Below are positions 28,676 to 38,122 of a stretch of 64,000 nt of DNA, in pieces. The number at the start of each line of letters is the position of its first letter. Position 1 is the stretch's first letter. Both the position numbers and the translations under genes were made by a program. Below the pieces are notes generated by a model. It saw nothing but the letters and a program-made list of their open reading frames with translations, did not search any database and was not told the DNA's origin. The DNA is taken from positions 1,823 to 65,822 of the forward strand of contig VFGY01000030.1 of the NCBI GenBank assembly GCA_009392195.1. Direction: 5' to 3'. Source of the DNA: SAR202 cluster bacterium (GTDB taxonomy: Bacteria; Chloroflexota; Dehalococcoidia; Lucifugimonadales; OSU-TB39).

Positions 28676-28820
28676 ATCACCATTTGGTAATTGAATCGCT
28701 TGAGGAAAAGCACTATCTCTATTATCTATTAAACCCGCATCTAATATTTCTATTTTGGGTTTAATACTATTACTCTCTTATAGATGTATTTACACCTAAT
28801 ATAATTCTTTAAAATCGTAA

Positions 28821-29048
28821 CTATAGAAAAAAAACTATTCCTATTTTTATAATTGTAATGATTATTGAAACAGCAAACAAAGCTACTAGTGCATATACTC
28901 CTACTAAACCGTATAACCACCAAAAAAACCCAATCCCAATTAAAATAGCGAATATATAAGCACCTTTTTCGGTTAAATACCCTTGTATCCCATTCTTTTT
29001 TATATCGTCTTTTTGTCCCGATATTATTTTTGACAAATTAAAATTCAA
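28821..29048 (-). CDS. Small hypothetical membrane protein (2 TM)
   Basis: 75-aa ORF with two strongly hydrophobic segments. Same strand, just upstream of the BNR gene. Confidence 0.35.
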   Translation of the reverse strand: MNFNLSKIISGQKDDIKKNGIQGYLTEKGAYIFAILIGIGFFWWLYGLVGVYALVALFAVSIIITIIKIGIVFFL

Positions 29049-29186
29049 TTCTACATACTCCTGTATTTGAAGCTATACAATATTCTAATACAAAATTATA
29101 ACACAGCATTACTATTGCAATTACTATTATTTATAAAACATACTTGGTCTAATGTAAATTAAATATAAAGTACTGTTACGTATAAT

Positions 29187-29262
29187 TGGAGCGGGAGACG
29201 GGATTCGAACCCGCAACATCCACCTTGGAAGGGTGGAACTCTTCCAGTTGAGCTACTCCCGC
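29187..29262 (-). tRNA. tRNA-Gly (anticodon UCC), CCA encoded
   Basis: Hand-folded cloverleaf: acceptor GCGGGAG/CTCCCGC, anticodon stem CCACC/GGTGG, loop CTTCCAA, T-loop TTCGAAT, discriminator U, 76 nt. Confidence 0.9.
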
Positions 29263-29334
29263 ATCAAATCAATTACATGTTTGTAATATAAACTATGATT
29301 TTAATATAAGCTTATAGCCGATAACAATGCTTAA

Positions 29335-30555
29335 TCAAATGTCAAAGTTGCTTTTTGCATTTTGAACTATTTCTTCACCGATTATTAAACTCGCAGTTGC
29401 TGCTGGCGATGGCGCATTTAATACATGAATAGATTTAGGACCTGAAAGTATCTTGAAATCTTGTACAATTTCACCTTTAAAGCTAACTGCTTGCGCTCTT
29501 ACTCCTGCACTCGGGTTAGATAAATCCTCTTCCTTAATGTCAGGAACTAACTTCTGTAAAGATTTAGCAAATACTTTTTTAAATAAAGACCGATACTGTT
29601 CATCAATACCGGTTTTCCAATGAGTTGCTGACATCCTCCAAAACCCGGGAAATCTCAAATATTCGAATAAATCAGCCATACTAAAGTCTGTTTTTTTATA
29701 CCCTTGTCTGGCAAATGCAAGAACGGCATTTGGACCTGCTTCAATAGTACCATCAACTCTTTTTGTAAAATGCACCCCTAAAAATGGTAATTCAGGTTGA
29801 GGGACTGGGTAAATCAATCCTTTTATCATTGAAGATTTTTCAGGTATGATAGAAAAAAATTCGCCTCTAAACGGAATTATTCTAGTATCAGAGGACACAT
29901 CCATTTTATTCGCTATTTTATCAGCATATAACCCTGCACAGTTTATAGTCCATTCTGTCTCAAAATCACCATCAGTGGTATTCAAATAAGTCTTGCCATT
30001 CTGAAATTTATATCCAAGAAACTTACAGGAAGTAAAAAGATCCACCCCTTGCTGTTCAGCGTCTTCAGCATAAGCTTTAGCAACAAGTTTATAGTCAACT
30101 ATACCAGTATTGGGTGAATGCAAAGCTCCGAGGCCACTTGCATGGGGTTCAATGTCTTTTATTTCATTTTTATCAATCATTTTTAAACCATCAACCCCAT
30201 TTGCTACACCACGACTATGCAAATCTTTCAACATTTCTAATTCTTTAATGTCTGTAGCGACAATCAATTTGCCACAAAGTTCATATTCAATACCTTTGAT
30301 ATCGCAATATTTTCGTAATTCTTTGTTACCTGCATAACAAAAATTTCCTTTTTTAGAACCGGGTTTGTAATAAATACCTGCATGAATCACACCACTGTTA
30401 TGCCCTGTCTGGTGCTCAGCAAACCCATCTTCTTTCTCTATAACTGCTATATCTAAGTTGGGATATTCAGAGGACATTTTCATAGCAGTAGACAATCCCA
30501 CTATACCGCCACCTATAATAATTACGTCATATGTTCTCAATATACTGACTCCCAT
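29335..30555 (-). CDS. lhgO: L-2-hydroxyglutarate oxidase/dehydrogenase (FAD-dependent)
   Basis: 406 aa. YDVIIIGGGIVGLSTA, HQTGHNSGVIHAGIYYKPGS, AGVRAQAVS, HVLNAPSPAATASL. Closely collinear with E. coli LhgO as I remember it. Confidence 0.85.
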   Translation of the reverse strand: MGVSILRTYDVIIIGGGIVGLSTAMKMSSEYPNLDIAVIEKEDGFAEHQTGHNSGVIHAGIYYKPGSKKGNFCYAGNKELRKYCDIKGIEYELCGKLIVATDIKELEMLKDLHSRGVANGVDGLKMIDKNEIKDIEPHASGLGALHSPNTGIVDYKLVAKAYAEDAEQQGVDLFTSCKFLGYKFQNGKTYLNTTDGDFETEWTINCAGLYADKIANKMDVSSDTRIIPFRGEFFSIIPEKSSMIKGLIYPVPQPELPFLGVHFTKRVDGTIEAGPNAVLAFARQGYKKTDFSMADLFEYLRFPGFWRMSATHWKTGIDEQYRSLFKKVFAKSLQKLVPDIKEEDLSNPSAGVRAQAVSFKGEIVQDFKILSGPKSIHVLNAPSPAATASLIIGEEIVQNAKSNFDI

Positions 30556-30688
30556 TCAAAATAGCCCATAACTGAAAAAGTTTTAGTTGAAATTAATTTA
30601 TGTTTTTGTGATTATAAATAATCTCTTAGGCTTAAATAAAATATATCAAAAGATATCAAGAAACTAAAATAATTCATACCAATTACAA

Positions 30689-32017
30689 ATGAGCGCTACA
30701 ACTTCCTTTAAATGCATATCTCAAGATTGTAGAGAAACTTACGACTTAAATGAAATCGTATATAGATGTATCAGGTGCAATAGCTTACTTGAAGTATCCC
30801 ACAACCTTAATAATCTAAACAGACGGAGTGCATCAGCATGGATGAGACTTTTTGATGAAAGATACATGAAAACAGCTTATCCATTTGGTAGCGGCGTGTG
30901 GGGGAAAAAAGAATGGGTACATCCAGATATAGAAATAGAAAACATCGTGTCTCTATATGAAGGAGGCACTAATTTATTCTGGGCTGAACGATTCGGAAGA
31001 GAATTAGGTATGTCAGACCTTTGGATAAAACAATGCGGCAACAGTCATACCGGATCATTTAAAGACTTGGGGATGACTGTACTGATATCTAATGTAAAGC
31101 AAATGATATCAAATGGTATTGAAATAAAAGCAGTGATTTGTGCTTCAACTGGAGATACATCAGCTTCCCTAGCAGCATATTGTGCTGCAGCAGGAATACC
31201 AACAGTAGTACTGCTACCAAAAGGTAAAATATCTATTTCCCAATTAATTCAACCACTATCAAACGGAGCCATTACTCTGGCGGTAGATACCGATTTTGAT
31301 GGTTGTATGAATTTGGCAAGAATGTTAAGCAATGACAAAAGTTTTTATTTAGCCAATTCTATCAATCCCTTACGTATAGAAGGACAAAAAACTATTAGCA
31401 TAGAAATCGTACAACAAGATGATTGGGCAGTTCCTGATTGGGTGATTGTACCAAGCGGTAATTTAGGTAACGTTACAGCTGTCGGTCTTGGATTCAAAAT
31501 GATGCATGAACTGGGATTGATATCTTCATTACCAAGATTAGTTGCGGCACAATCTGCTAACGCAGCTCCATTGTTTAAAAGTTATGAAACAAACTATCAA
31601 AGATTTGAAGCAATTAAATCCAAACCAACACTTGCAAGTGCTATCCAAATTGGAAACCCAGTCAGTGCACCAAGAGCAATACCAATACTTAAAGAATTTG
31701 ATTCGGTCGTAACAGCTATAAGTGAATCAGAGTTATCCGCAGCAGCAGCAAAAGCTGACCGAACTGGTCTATATTGTTGTCCACAAACAGGAGTTGCTTT
31801 AGCATCCTTAATGCAACTCTTAGATTCAGGCACTATACAAAAAAACGAAAAAGTAATCGTTCTTTCAACTGCTAATGGATTAAAATTCACAGACTTTAAA
31901 TCCGGTTATCACGATCGGTCTCTATCAGGAATAAATATACAACTAGATAATTCCCCAATTGAGGTGTCTAGTGATTATAAAACCTTGTTAAATACAGTAA
32001 ACGACAATATAGGTTAG
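30689..32017 (+). CDS. thrC: Threonine synthase (canonical-looking, N-terminal zinc ribbon)
   Basis: 442 aa. PLP-lysine motif HTGSFKDLGM, CASTGDTSASLAAY. N-terminal C-x4-C...C-x2-C. Confidence 0.85.
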   Translation: MSATTSFKCISQDCRETYDLNEIVYRCIRCNSLLEVSHNLNNLNRRSASAWMRLFDERYMKTAYPFGSGVWGKKEWVHPDIEIENIVSLYEGGTNLFWAERFGRELGMSDLWIKQCGNSHTGSFKDLGMTVLISNVKQMISNGIEIKAVICASTGDTSASLAAYCAAAGIPTVVLLPKGKISISQLIQPLSNGAITLAVDTDFDGCMNLARMLSNDKSFYLANSINPLRIEGQKTISIEIVQQDDWAVPDWVIVPSGNLGNVTAVGLGFKMMHELGLISSLPRLVAAQSANAAPLFKSYETNYQRFEAIKSKPTLASAIQIGNPVSAPRAIPILKEFDSVVTAISESELSAAAAKADRTGLYCCPQTGVALASLMQLLDSGTIQKNEKVIVLSTANGLKFTDFKSGYHDRSLSGINIQLDNSPIEVSSDYKTLLNTVNDNIG

Positions 32018-32043
32018 CAATGCAATTATCCTAAGCGATATAA

Positions 32044-32772
32044 ATGCTTATTGAGGAAATAATGACCAAATTAATATGCCACGAAAACAGCTACATAAAG
32101 GAATTTGAAGCCACAGTTACTGCCATAACAGACACAGGGATAGTTTTAGACAAAACAGCTTTTTATCCCGGTGGAGGCGGCCAACCTTCCGACAAAGGTT
32201 CAATAGTATTTGGAAATATTGAATATCCAGTAAATGGCATCATCAAAAATGGTGAAAACTACATTCATAAAATAGATTCTCACAATATTCAAATACACGA
32301 GAAAATCCAAGGCATAATCGACTGGGAATATAGATATAACTTAATGCGTACTCACACAGCCTTACACATTCTTTGCGGAGTTGTATGGCGCGATTACAAA
32401 GCATTGGTTACGGGCGGGGATATGAAACCGCTTTCAGCAAGAATGGATTTTGAATTAGATACCTTGTCATCAGAATTTGTAAAAGAAGTAGAAGCGAGTG
32501 TTAATAAAGAAGTACGAAACAAACTTGATATAGAAATCAAGATAATGGACAGAGAAGAAGCCTTTAAAATACCGGACCTTATTAGAACCAAAATAAATTT
32601 ACTCCCCGATGCGATAAAGCAAATTCGTACGGTTAATATAACCGGATTAGATTTACAAGCAGATGGGGGAACCCATGTGAATAATACAAAAGAAGTAGGA
32701 AAAATCGTTGTTGTAGGTCACGAAAGTAAAGGTAAAATAAATAAACGCTTAAGAATCAAGGTAGAAAATTGA
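32044..32772 (+). CDS. alaX: AlaX-type alanyl-tRNA editing protein (Ser/Gly-tRNA(Ala) deacylase)
   Basis: 242 aa. FYPGGGGQPSD, zinc motif HTALHIL, later DGGTHV. Confidence 0.8.
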   Translation: MLIEEIMTKLICHENSYIKEFEATVTAITDTGIVLDKTAFYPGGGGQPSDKGSIVFGNIEYPVNGIIKNGENYIHKIDSHNIQIHEKIQGIIDWEYRYNLMRTHTALHILCGVVWRDYKALVTGGDMKPLSARMDFELDTLSSEFVKEVEASVNKEVRNKLDIEIKIMDREEAFKIPDLIRTKINLLPDAIKQIRTVNITGLDLQADGGTHVNNTKEVGKIVVVGHESKGKINKRLRIKVEN

Positions 32773-33977
32773 ACTATAAAACAAATTTCAACTTCGAAAA
32801 TTTAATATCAAATTCTATACCTGATTTAATTCCTCCCAAAGAACATCCAAAACCAAAATTTGATTTCGGCGTAGCATATCCTGACCCTGAATCAATTCCA
32901 ATATCGGAATTGATAAGCTCTCTAAGCTTAGGACTAGAAGAAGAAGGCAAAGACCTAGCATATTACCCTCATCCTGATGGTTATCCTCCACTAAGGGAAT
33001 TTATTTCAAGCAAACTTTCTAAGGAAAGAGGGATTCCTGTTAGCCCAGACCAAATGATTCTAACGGACGGATCTCTAGAATCAATTTATATGCTGTCAGA
33101 AGTGCTTATTGACCCAGATGACGTTGTGCTAACAGAAAAATATTGTTATAGCGGCACCTTAAGAATTTTCAAAAGGTTCAGCGCAAACATTATTGGAGTC
33201 GACTGCGATGACTCAGGAATTATTCCTTCAGACTTGGAAAAAAAAATAAAAGAAATCCAACGTGTAGGTAAAAAAATTAAATTATTGTATACCATTCCTA
33301 CTTTTCAAAATCCACTAGGTTTTTGTGTTCCTGAATCAAGACGCATTGATATTTTGTCTATAACGCAACAATTCCAAATACCTATTTTGGAAGATGATTG
33401 CTATGTTGACTTAAATTATGAAAAAAATAATTACCCTTCAATATATTCACTAGATTCATCAAAATCTGTGATTTACGTTGGATCATTTTCAAAAATCATT
33501 GGTCCTGGAACTAGAATGGGATATATCGTTGCACCTGATACCATACTGGAAAAACTCAGAATCGTGAAAAGCGGAGGCGGTGTCAACCAATTTGCTGCAA
33601 TTGCGATTCACCGGTATTCTAATACAAATTTGAATAGAGATATTAACAGTCGAAACGATATTTTAAAAATCAAAAGAGATGCTATGTTGAAAGCTTTAAC
33701 TCAATATTTTAAGTTTGACGAAGAAGCTAAGTGGAGCCATCCCGAAGGTGGATTGTACATATGGTTGGAATTAAACCCTAAGTTCGATTTATTGAAACTA
33801 TTGCCAGTAGCCCAAAAACATAATTTGAGTTACCAACCGGGTACAATGTTTCATCCGGATTCTAAAATTGGTAAAAATTGTGCAAGACTATGCTTCGGAT
33901 ATAACCAACCTCAACAAATCGATCAAGGCATAAAATTGTTATCCGAATTAATTACAGCTAACCCAGATATTGACTGA
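32769..33977 (+). CDS. PLP-dependent aminotransferase, class I/II fold
   Basis: 402 aa. PLP-lysine motif GSFSKIIGPGTRMGYIVAP. TTG start overlaps the alaX stop (TTGA). Confidence 0.8.
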   Translation: MNYKTNFNFENLISNSIPDLIPPKEHPKPKFDFGVAYPDPESIPISELISSLSLGLEEEGKDLAYYPHPDGYPPLREFISSKLSKERGIPVSPDQMILTDGSLESIYMLSEVLIDPDDVVLTEKYCYSGTLRIFKRFSANIIGVDCDDSGIIPSDLEKKIKEIQRVGKKIKLLYTIPTFQNPLGFCVPESRRIDILSITQQFQIPILEDDCYVDLNYEKNNYPSIYSLDSSKSVIYVGSFSKIIGPGTRMGYIVAPDTILEKLRIVKSGGGVNQFAAIAIHRYSNTNLNRDINSRNDILKIKRDAMLKALTQYFKFDEEAKWSHPEGGLYIWLELNPKFDLLKLLPVAQKHNLSYQPGTMFHPDSKIGKNCARLCFGYNQPQQIDQGIKLLSELITANPDID

Positions 33978-33992
33978 ATTCAAGATTTGAAT

Positions 33993-34673
33993 TCAGTTCA
34001 TATTCGAATCACCAAGATTAAACCTTTTTAAAAGCAATTCATCAAGAAAAGATTCATTCTTTTTAAGCAATTCAATACTTTTCACTAGCCGTTTTTTAGT
34101 TGAAGATTCCTCCAATAAACTTTGTAATTCTATATTTTCAATCGACAGCAAACATGATGGGGCAAAATATGAAAGTTCAAATAAATCGGTTGGGATTTTG
34201 CTATCTTGAAAAAATTCTCCTTTTAAGCCTAAGAGTAATCTGTGATTCCGTGTTATTAATTCAGTTAATTTCGAAATCATAGTTTCGGATATATCTTTTT
34301 CTGTATTTTCATAATCAACCAAAAATTCCACATTCGCTTCAAGAAAAGCTTTTTTTTCAATTAAATTTTTGATTCGGAAAACCTTATCTCCAATTGCAGT
34401 GATAAACAATCTTCCATTTTCAATTTTATTTACATCTACTATATTAGCGGTAGTTCCAACATCATAAGGAGTCGCTGAATCTCCAACTTCAGAACCCATT
34501 CTGATTAAAATTACTCCAAAAGGACTTTTACTATCAATACAATACTTAATCATACATTTATATCTATCTTCAAATACATGAAGAGGGATAGAGCCTTTTG
34601 GAAATAAAACTGTATTTAGAGGAAATAACGGTATTTTATGCATAGCATTCACTGTATTATATTTTATTGACAA
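33993..34673 (-). CDS. Lon N-terminal (LON substrate-binding) domain protein
   Basis: 226 aa. IPLFPLNTVLFPKGSIPLHVFEDRYK is the typical start of a stand-alone Lon-N domain. Confidence 0.75.
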   Translation of the reverse strand: MSIKYNTVNAMHKIPLFPLNTVLFPKGSIPLHVFEDRYKCMIKYCIDSKSPFGVILIRMGSEVGDSATPYDVGTTANIVDVNKIENGRLFITAIGDKVFRIKNLIEKKAFLEANVEFLVDYENTEKDISETMISKLTELITRNHRLLLGLKGEFFQDSKIPTDLFELSYFAPSCLLSIENIELQSLLEESSTKKRLVKSIELLKKNESFLDELLLKRFNLGDSNMN

Positions 34674-34805
34674 AATTTTTGAATGTAACTCGATAGAGTC
34701 ATAAATTTCATATGTTGTAGAAAATAAAATGTACAGTATAATTATATAGTTCGAAATGATTGAACATTATTTTATTGACCCAACTAATATATAAGGCTAT
34801 TTGAA

Positions 34806-36029
34806 TTGTCGCGTGTTAAATCTTTAAAATGTAGAGAGTGTGGCGAGGAATACCCAATAGAACCTATCAATGTATGCGAGTTCTGTTTTGGTCCCCTAGA
34901 AGTCGATTATGATTATGATTTGATTAGAAAGAACATCTCTAAAGATAAAATCAAATCAGGGCCATTAACAATATGGAGATACAAAGATTTATTACCTATC
35001 GAAAATCAAAATATAATTGATATTGGTACAGGATTCACACCACTGACCAAAGCTACTAATTTGGGAAATCATCTTGGGTTAAATAATTTATACATTAAAA
35101 ATGACAGCGTTAATCCTACCTACTCATTTAAAGACCGGGTGGTATCGGTTGCCACAACAAAAGCAGTAGAATTTGAATTTAAAACACTTGCATGCGTTTC
35201 TACAGGCAATCTTATGGGCGCCGTAGCAGCACATGGGGCGAAAGCCGGAATGGAAACGGTGGTATTATTTCCTTCAAATCTTGAACAGGCGAAAATCGTC
35301 AATTCATCTATATACGGACCAACTCTTGTAGCAATTCACGGCACATATGACGAAGTTAACAGATTGGGTAGTGAAATAGCTGATAATAACCCTTGGGCAT
35401 TTGTAAACATAAACATGCGTCCTTTTTACGCTGAAGGCAGTAAAACCCTTGGATATGAAGTAGCAGAACAGCTCGACTGGTCAGTTCCTGACCACTGTAT
35501 CGTACCCGCAGCTTCTGGGGAACTCCATACGAAAATATGGAAAGGCTTCCAAGAAATGGAAGAAGTAGGTTTACTAGAAAAAGTTAATAGTAAAATGCAT
35601 CTAGCACAAGCATTGGGATGTTCGCCAATAGTCAAAGCATATAATAACAATGAATCCCAAGTCACTCCCGTAAAACCAGATACTATAGTTAAATCTTTGG
35701 CAATAGGAAATCCGGCAGCGGGTTCATATGCTTTAGAAACCTTAAAAGAAACGAGTGGCGCAGCAGTAGCAATTAGCGACCCCAAAGTAATTGAGGGCAT
35801 ACAGCTATTAGCTGAAACCGAGGGTATATTTACTGAAACAGCTGGCGGAGTAGTAATATCAGCCGTGAAAGAGTTAGCAGAAAATGGGATTATTAAACCC
35901 GATGAATTAGCTGTAGCATATATAACGGGTAACGGATTAAAAACGTTTGAAGTAGTTGAAAGTACGGTTGAATCCATTTATTCTAAACCTGATTATGGAG
36001 ATTTGAAAAAAACATTGAATTTAAAGTAA
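34806..36029 (+). CDS. Threonine-synthase-like PLP enzyme, second divergent paralogue with CxxC...CxxC zinc ribbon
   Basis: 407 aa. NPTYSFKDRVVSVA PLP-lysine motif, CVSTGNLMGAVAAH. TTG start. Followed by NIL and MoaD-like genes. Confidence 0.8.
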   Translation: MSRVKSLKCRECGEEYPIEPINVCEFCFGPLEVDYDYDLIRKNISKDKIKSGPLTIWRYKDLLPIENQNIIDIGTGFTPLTKATNLGNHLGLNNLYIKNDSVNPTYSFKDRVVSVATTKAVEFEFKTLACVSTGNLMGAVAAHGAKAGMETVVLFPSNLEQAKIVNSSIYGPTLVAIHGTYDEVNRLGSEIADNNPWAFVNINMRPFYAEGSKTLGYEVAEQLDWSVPDHCIVPAASGELHTKIWKGFQEMEEVGLLEKVNSKMHLAQALGCSPIVKAYNNNESQVTPVKPDTIVKSLAIGNPAAGSYALETLKETSGAAVAISDPKVIEGIQLLAETEGIFTETAGGVVISAVKELAENGIIKPDELAVAYITGNGLKTFEVVESTVESIYSKPDYGDLKKTLNLK

Positions 36030-36053
36030 CCAAACTGTAAAGTTTTAACTCAA

Positions 36054-36278
36054 ATGCCAACCAAACAAATACGACTTAAGTTTCAAACCAATTTAATATC
36101 AGAACCAGTGATATATCAACTAGGTCATAAGTTTAAAGTAATAACGAATATAAAAAGAGCAAATGTAAGACAAGATACAGGCTGGGTGATTCTAGACTTA
36201 AACGGTGATGATAAAGAAATATCAGCTTCTTTAGAATGGATTAAATCCGTTGGAGTAGACGTAGACGTAATCAAATAA
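36054..36278 (+). CDS. Stand-alone NIL-domain protein
   Basis: 74 aa. EPVIYQLGHKFKVITNIKRANV...GWVILDLNGDDKEISASLEWIKSVGVDVDVI follows the MetN C-terminal NIL-domain pattern. Confidence 0.65.
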   Translation: MPTKQIRLKFQTNLISEPVIYQLGHKFKVITNIKRANVRQDTGWVILDLNGDDKEISASLEWIKSVGVDVDVIK

Positions 36279-36317
36279 ATTTTACAAAATTAACAAGAAT
36301 TGATTTGGAGGAGATTG

Positions 36318-36596
36318 ATGGAAATTTCAGTAAGGATACCTACACCACTAAGGAGATTAACCAATGGAGAGGATAAGGTTACATTATCATCTACCACAAT
36401 AAAAGACATGGTAGATGATCTTGAAGACAATTTTCCTGGCATGAAAAAAAGATTATGCGATGATGAAGGTAATCTACGTAATTTTGTTAACGTTTACGTC
36501 AACGGGGAAGATGTAAGATTCCTTAACGGGATTGATACAACCCTGCAAAACGGTAATGAAGTCAGCTTAGTCCCTGCAGTAGCCGGTGGATGTTAA
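36318..36596 (+). CDS. MoaD/ThiS-family sulfur-carrier protein (CysO-like), C-terminus GG-Cys
   Basis: 92 aa from ATG 36318, with GGAGGAG 4 nt upstream. NFVNVYVNGEDV...GNEVSLVPAVAGGC. The track ORF starting at 36300 is probably too long. Confidence 0.75.
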   Translation: MEISVRIPTPLRRLTNGEDKVTLSSTTIKDMVDDLEDNFPGMKKRLCDDEGNLRNFVNVYVNGEDVRFLNGIDTTLQNGNEVSLVPAVAGGC

Positions 36597-36620
36597 CTTA
36601 AAAGCCACCCGATTATTTAT

Positions 36621-37235
36621 CTACAAAACAGCATTCCCTACTATGTTAGGTATTGTGATTGGCAATCCAACAGATAATTGGTGAGTTTGCAGATATATTT
36701 TCGTAAAACCAGAACCAGAAATTACTTCGGCCAAATCTCTGTTCAAATTACACCCATTTGTTAAATAGCGCCACATTGGATTAATATAATCTTCAAACTT
36801 TCCCCTAATTCTTTCTTTAGATTTAACATGTTCGTAAAAATAAAACGCGCCGCCTGGCTTTAATACTCTCTTAATCTCTAATATAGTCGATTCTAAATCA
36901 TCCACAGTACAAAGCACCAAAGTTGTAACTATAGAATCAAAAGAATTATCGGCGAAAGGAATGTTATAAGATGTGCCTCTGACTGACGTCACATCAATCT
37001 CGCATCTAATTGCAGAATCAATAATCTTTGGAAACATATATTCATTTTTTTCTAAAACAGTCAATTGGGTATCGGGTTTATAAAACCTAAAGTTTGCACC
37101 AGTTCCCGCCCCTATTTCCAATACATTACCAGAAGCATATCCAGCTGTCATTTTCCTAAAATCTATTAAATTAGGTTCTACAGATTGGTTCACCAAGTCA
37201 TAAAGAAAAGCAAAGATTTTGTCATTTATATTCAT
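36621..37235 (-). CDS. Class I SAM-dependent methyltransferase (Methyltransf_11-like)
   Basis: SAM motif VLEIGAGTGANF and post-I acidic residue. ATG 37235 preferred over TTG 37304, because a plus-strand extended -10 sits in 37281..37289. Confidence 0.7.
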   Translation of the reverse strand: MNINDKIFAFLYDLVNQSVEPNLIDFRKMTAGYASGNVLEIGAGTGANFRFYKPDTQLTVLEKNEYMFPKIIDSAIRCEIDVTSVRGTSYNIPFADNSFDSIVTTLVLCTVDDLESTILEIKRVLKPGGAFYFYEHVKSKERIRGKFEDYINPMWRYLTNGCNLNRDLAEVISGSGFTKIYLQTHQLSVGLPITIPNIVGNAVL

Positions 37236-37280
37236 ACATTGATTCAATATAGTAAAACTATTAAAGCATTTTTTTTCACA

Positions 37281-37289
37281 TGTTATAAT
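37281..37289 (+). promoter_or_regulatory. Extended -10 element TGTTATAAT upstream of the SDR gene
   Basis: TG-n-TATAAT at 37281..37289, about 45 nt upstream of GTG 37334, with AAGGAG SD in between. Confidence 0.3.
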
Positions 37290-37333
37290 CACAAATATTA
37301 TCAAATCATGAGTATGGAAAGGAGAATATATTC

Positions 37334-38086
37334 GTGAATCTTAAAGGAAAAGTAGCGATAGTTACAGGTGGTAGTGGCGGTCTAGGTAAATGTATTTGTA
37401 ATTCTTTAGCTAAACAAGGCGTAACTCTAGCGATTTTATATAATAATCATTATCAAGATGCGAAAATACTTTCAGATGAACTAAATAGCAAAGGTTACAA
37501 TTCTGCGACATACCAATGTGACGTGACAAATCCGGACCAAGTATCTCGTACAGTTGAAAAAGTAATCAAAGATTTCAATCAAATAGACATATTGGTAAAT
37601 GATGCAGCATACAATATATGGATACCATTCCATGATTTAAATGCACTCACCTACGAACAATGGCACAAAATAATAAACATAAACCTCACAGGTCCTATGT
37701 TATTTATAAAAGCGGTTTCAGGTCCAATGAAATCACAAGGATCTGGACGAATTATCAATATTGCTTCTGTTGCAGGAATGGCACCAGTCGGTTCTTCAAT
37801 AGCATACGGAGTGTCTAAAGCAGGATTAATCCAATTAACAAAAGGTATGGCAGTAGCATTGGCACCCGACAATATACTAGTCAATTGCGTAGCTCCAGGA
37901 TATTTAGAAGGAACTAGAATGTCAGATAACTTAGCAGAGGAATATAAAGAACAGGCAAGGACTGGAGCTGTTTTGAAAAAAGCTGCCGATAAAAATGATA
38001 TAGCAGAGCAAGTAGTTACATTTTGTAAAACTGATACTACTACAGGCCAAACACTAGTTATAGATGGTGGAAGATTATTTCACTAA
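37334..38086 (+). CDS. Short-chain dehydrogenase/reductase (FabG-like)
   Basis: 250 aa. TGGSGGLG cofactor motif and YGVSKAG catalytic Y-x3-K. Confidence 0.85.
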   Translation: MNLKGKVAIVTGGSGGLGKCICNSLAKQGVTLAILYNNHYQDAKILSDELNSKGYNSATYQCDVTNPDQVSRTVEKVIKDFNQIDILVNDAAYNIWIPFHDLNALTYEQWHKIININLTGPMLFIKAVSGPMKSQGSGRIINIASVAGMAPVGSSIAYGVSKAGLIQLTKGMAVALAPDNILVNCVAPGYLEGTRMSDNLAEEYKEQARTGAVLKKAADKNDIAEQVVTFCKTDTTTGQTLVIDGGRLFH

Positions 38087-38122
38087 TTTTCAGAATATAC
38101 CAACAAATTTTAGGAGACCTAA

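Noticed and set aside
29049-29334. tRNA-Gly as a possible genomic-island integration site
   Set aside because: No integrase, no direct repeat of the tRNA 3' end that I could find, and the flanking genes look like ordinary metabolic genes.
34674-34805. Possible SAM or other riboswitch upstream of the ThrC-like/NIL/MoaD genes
   Set aside because: The 132-nt leader is extremely AT-rich. I could not find any conserved riboswitch core or convincing stem set. This needs an Infernal/Rfam scan before any claim.
35426-35977. 183-aa antisense ORF inside the ThrC-like gene
   Set aside because: The sense strand has clear PLP-enzyme motifs. The antisense product is Ser/Thr/Ala/Pro-rich with no recognisable features. 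Shadow ORF.
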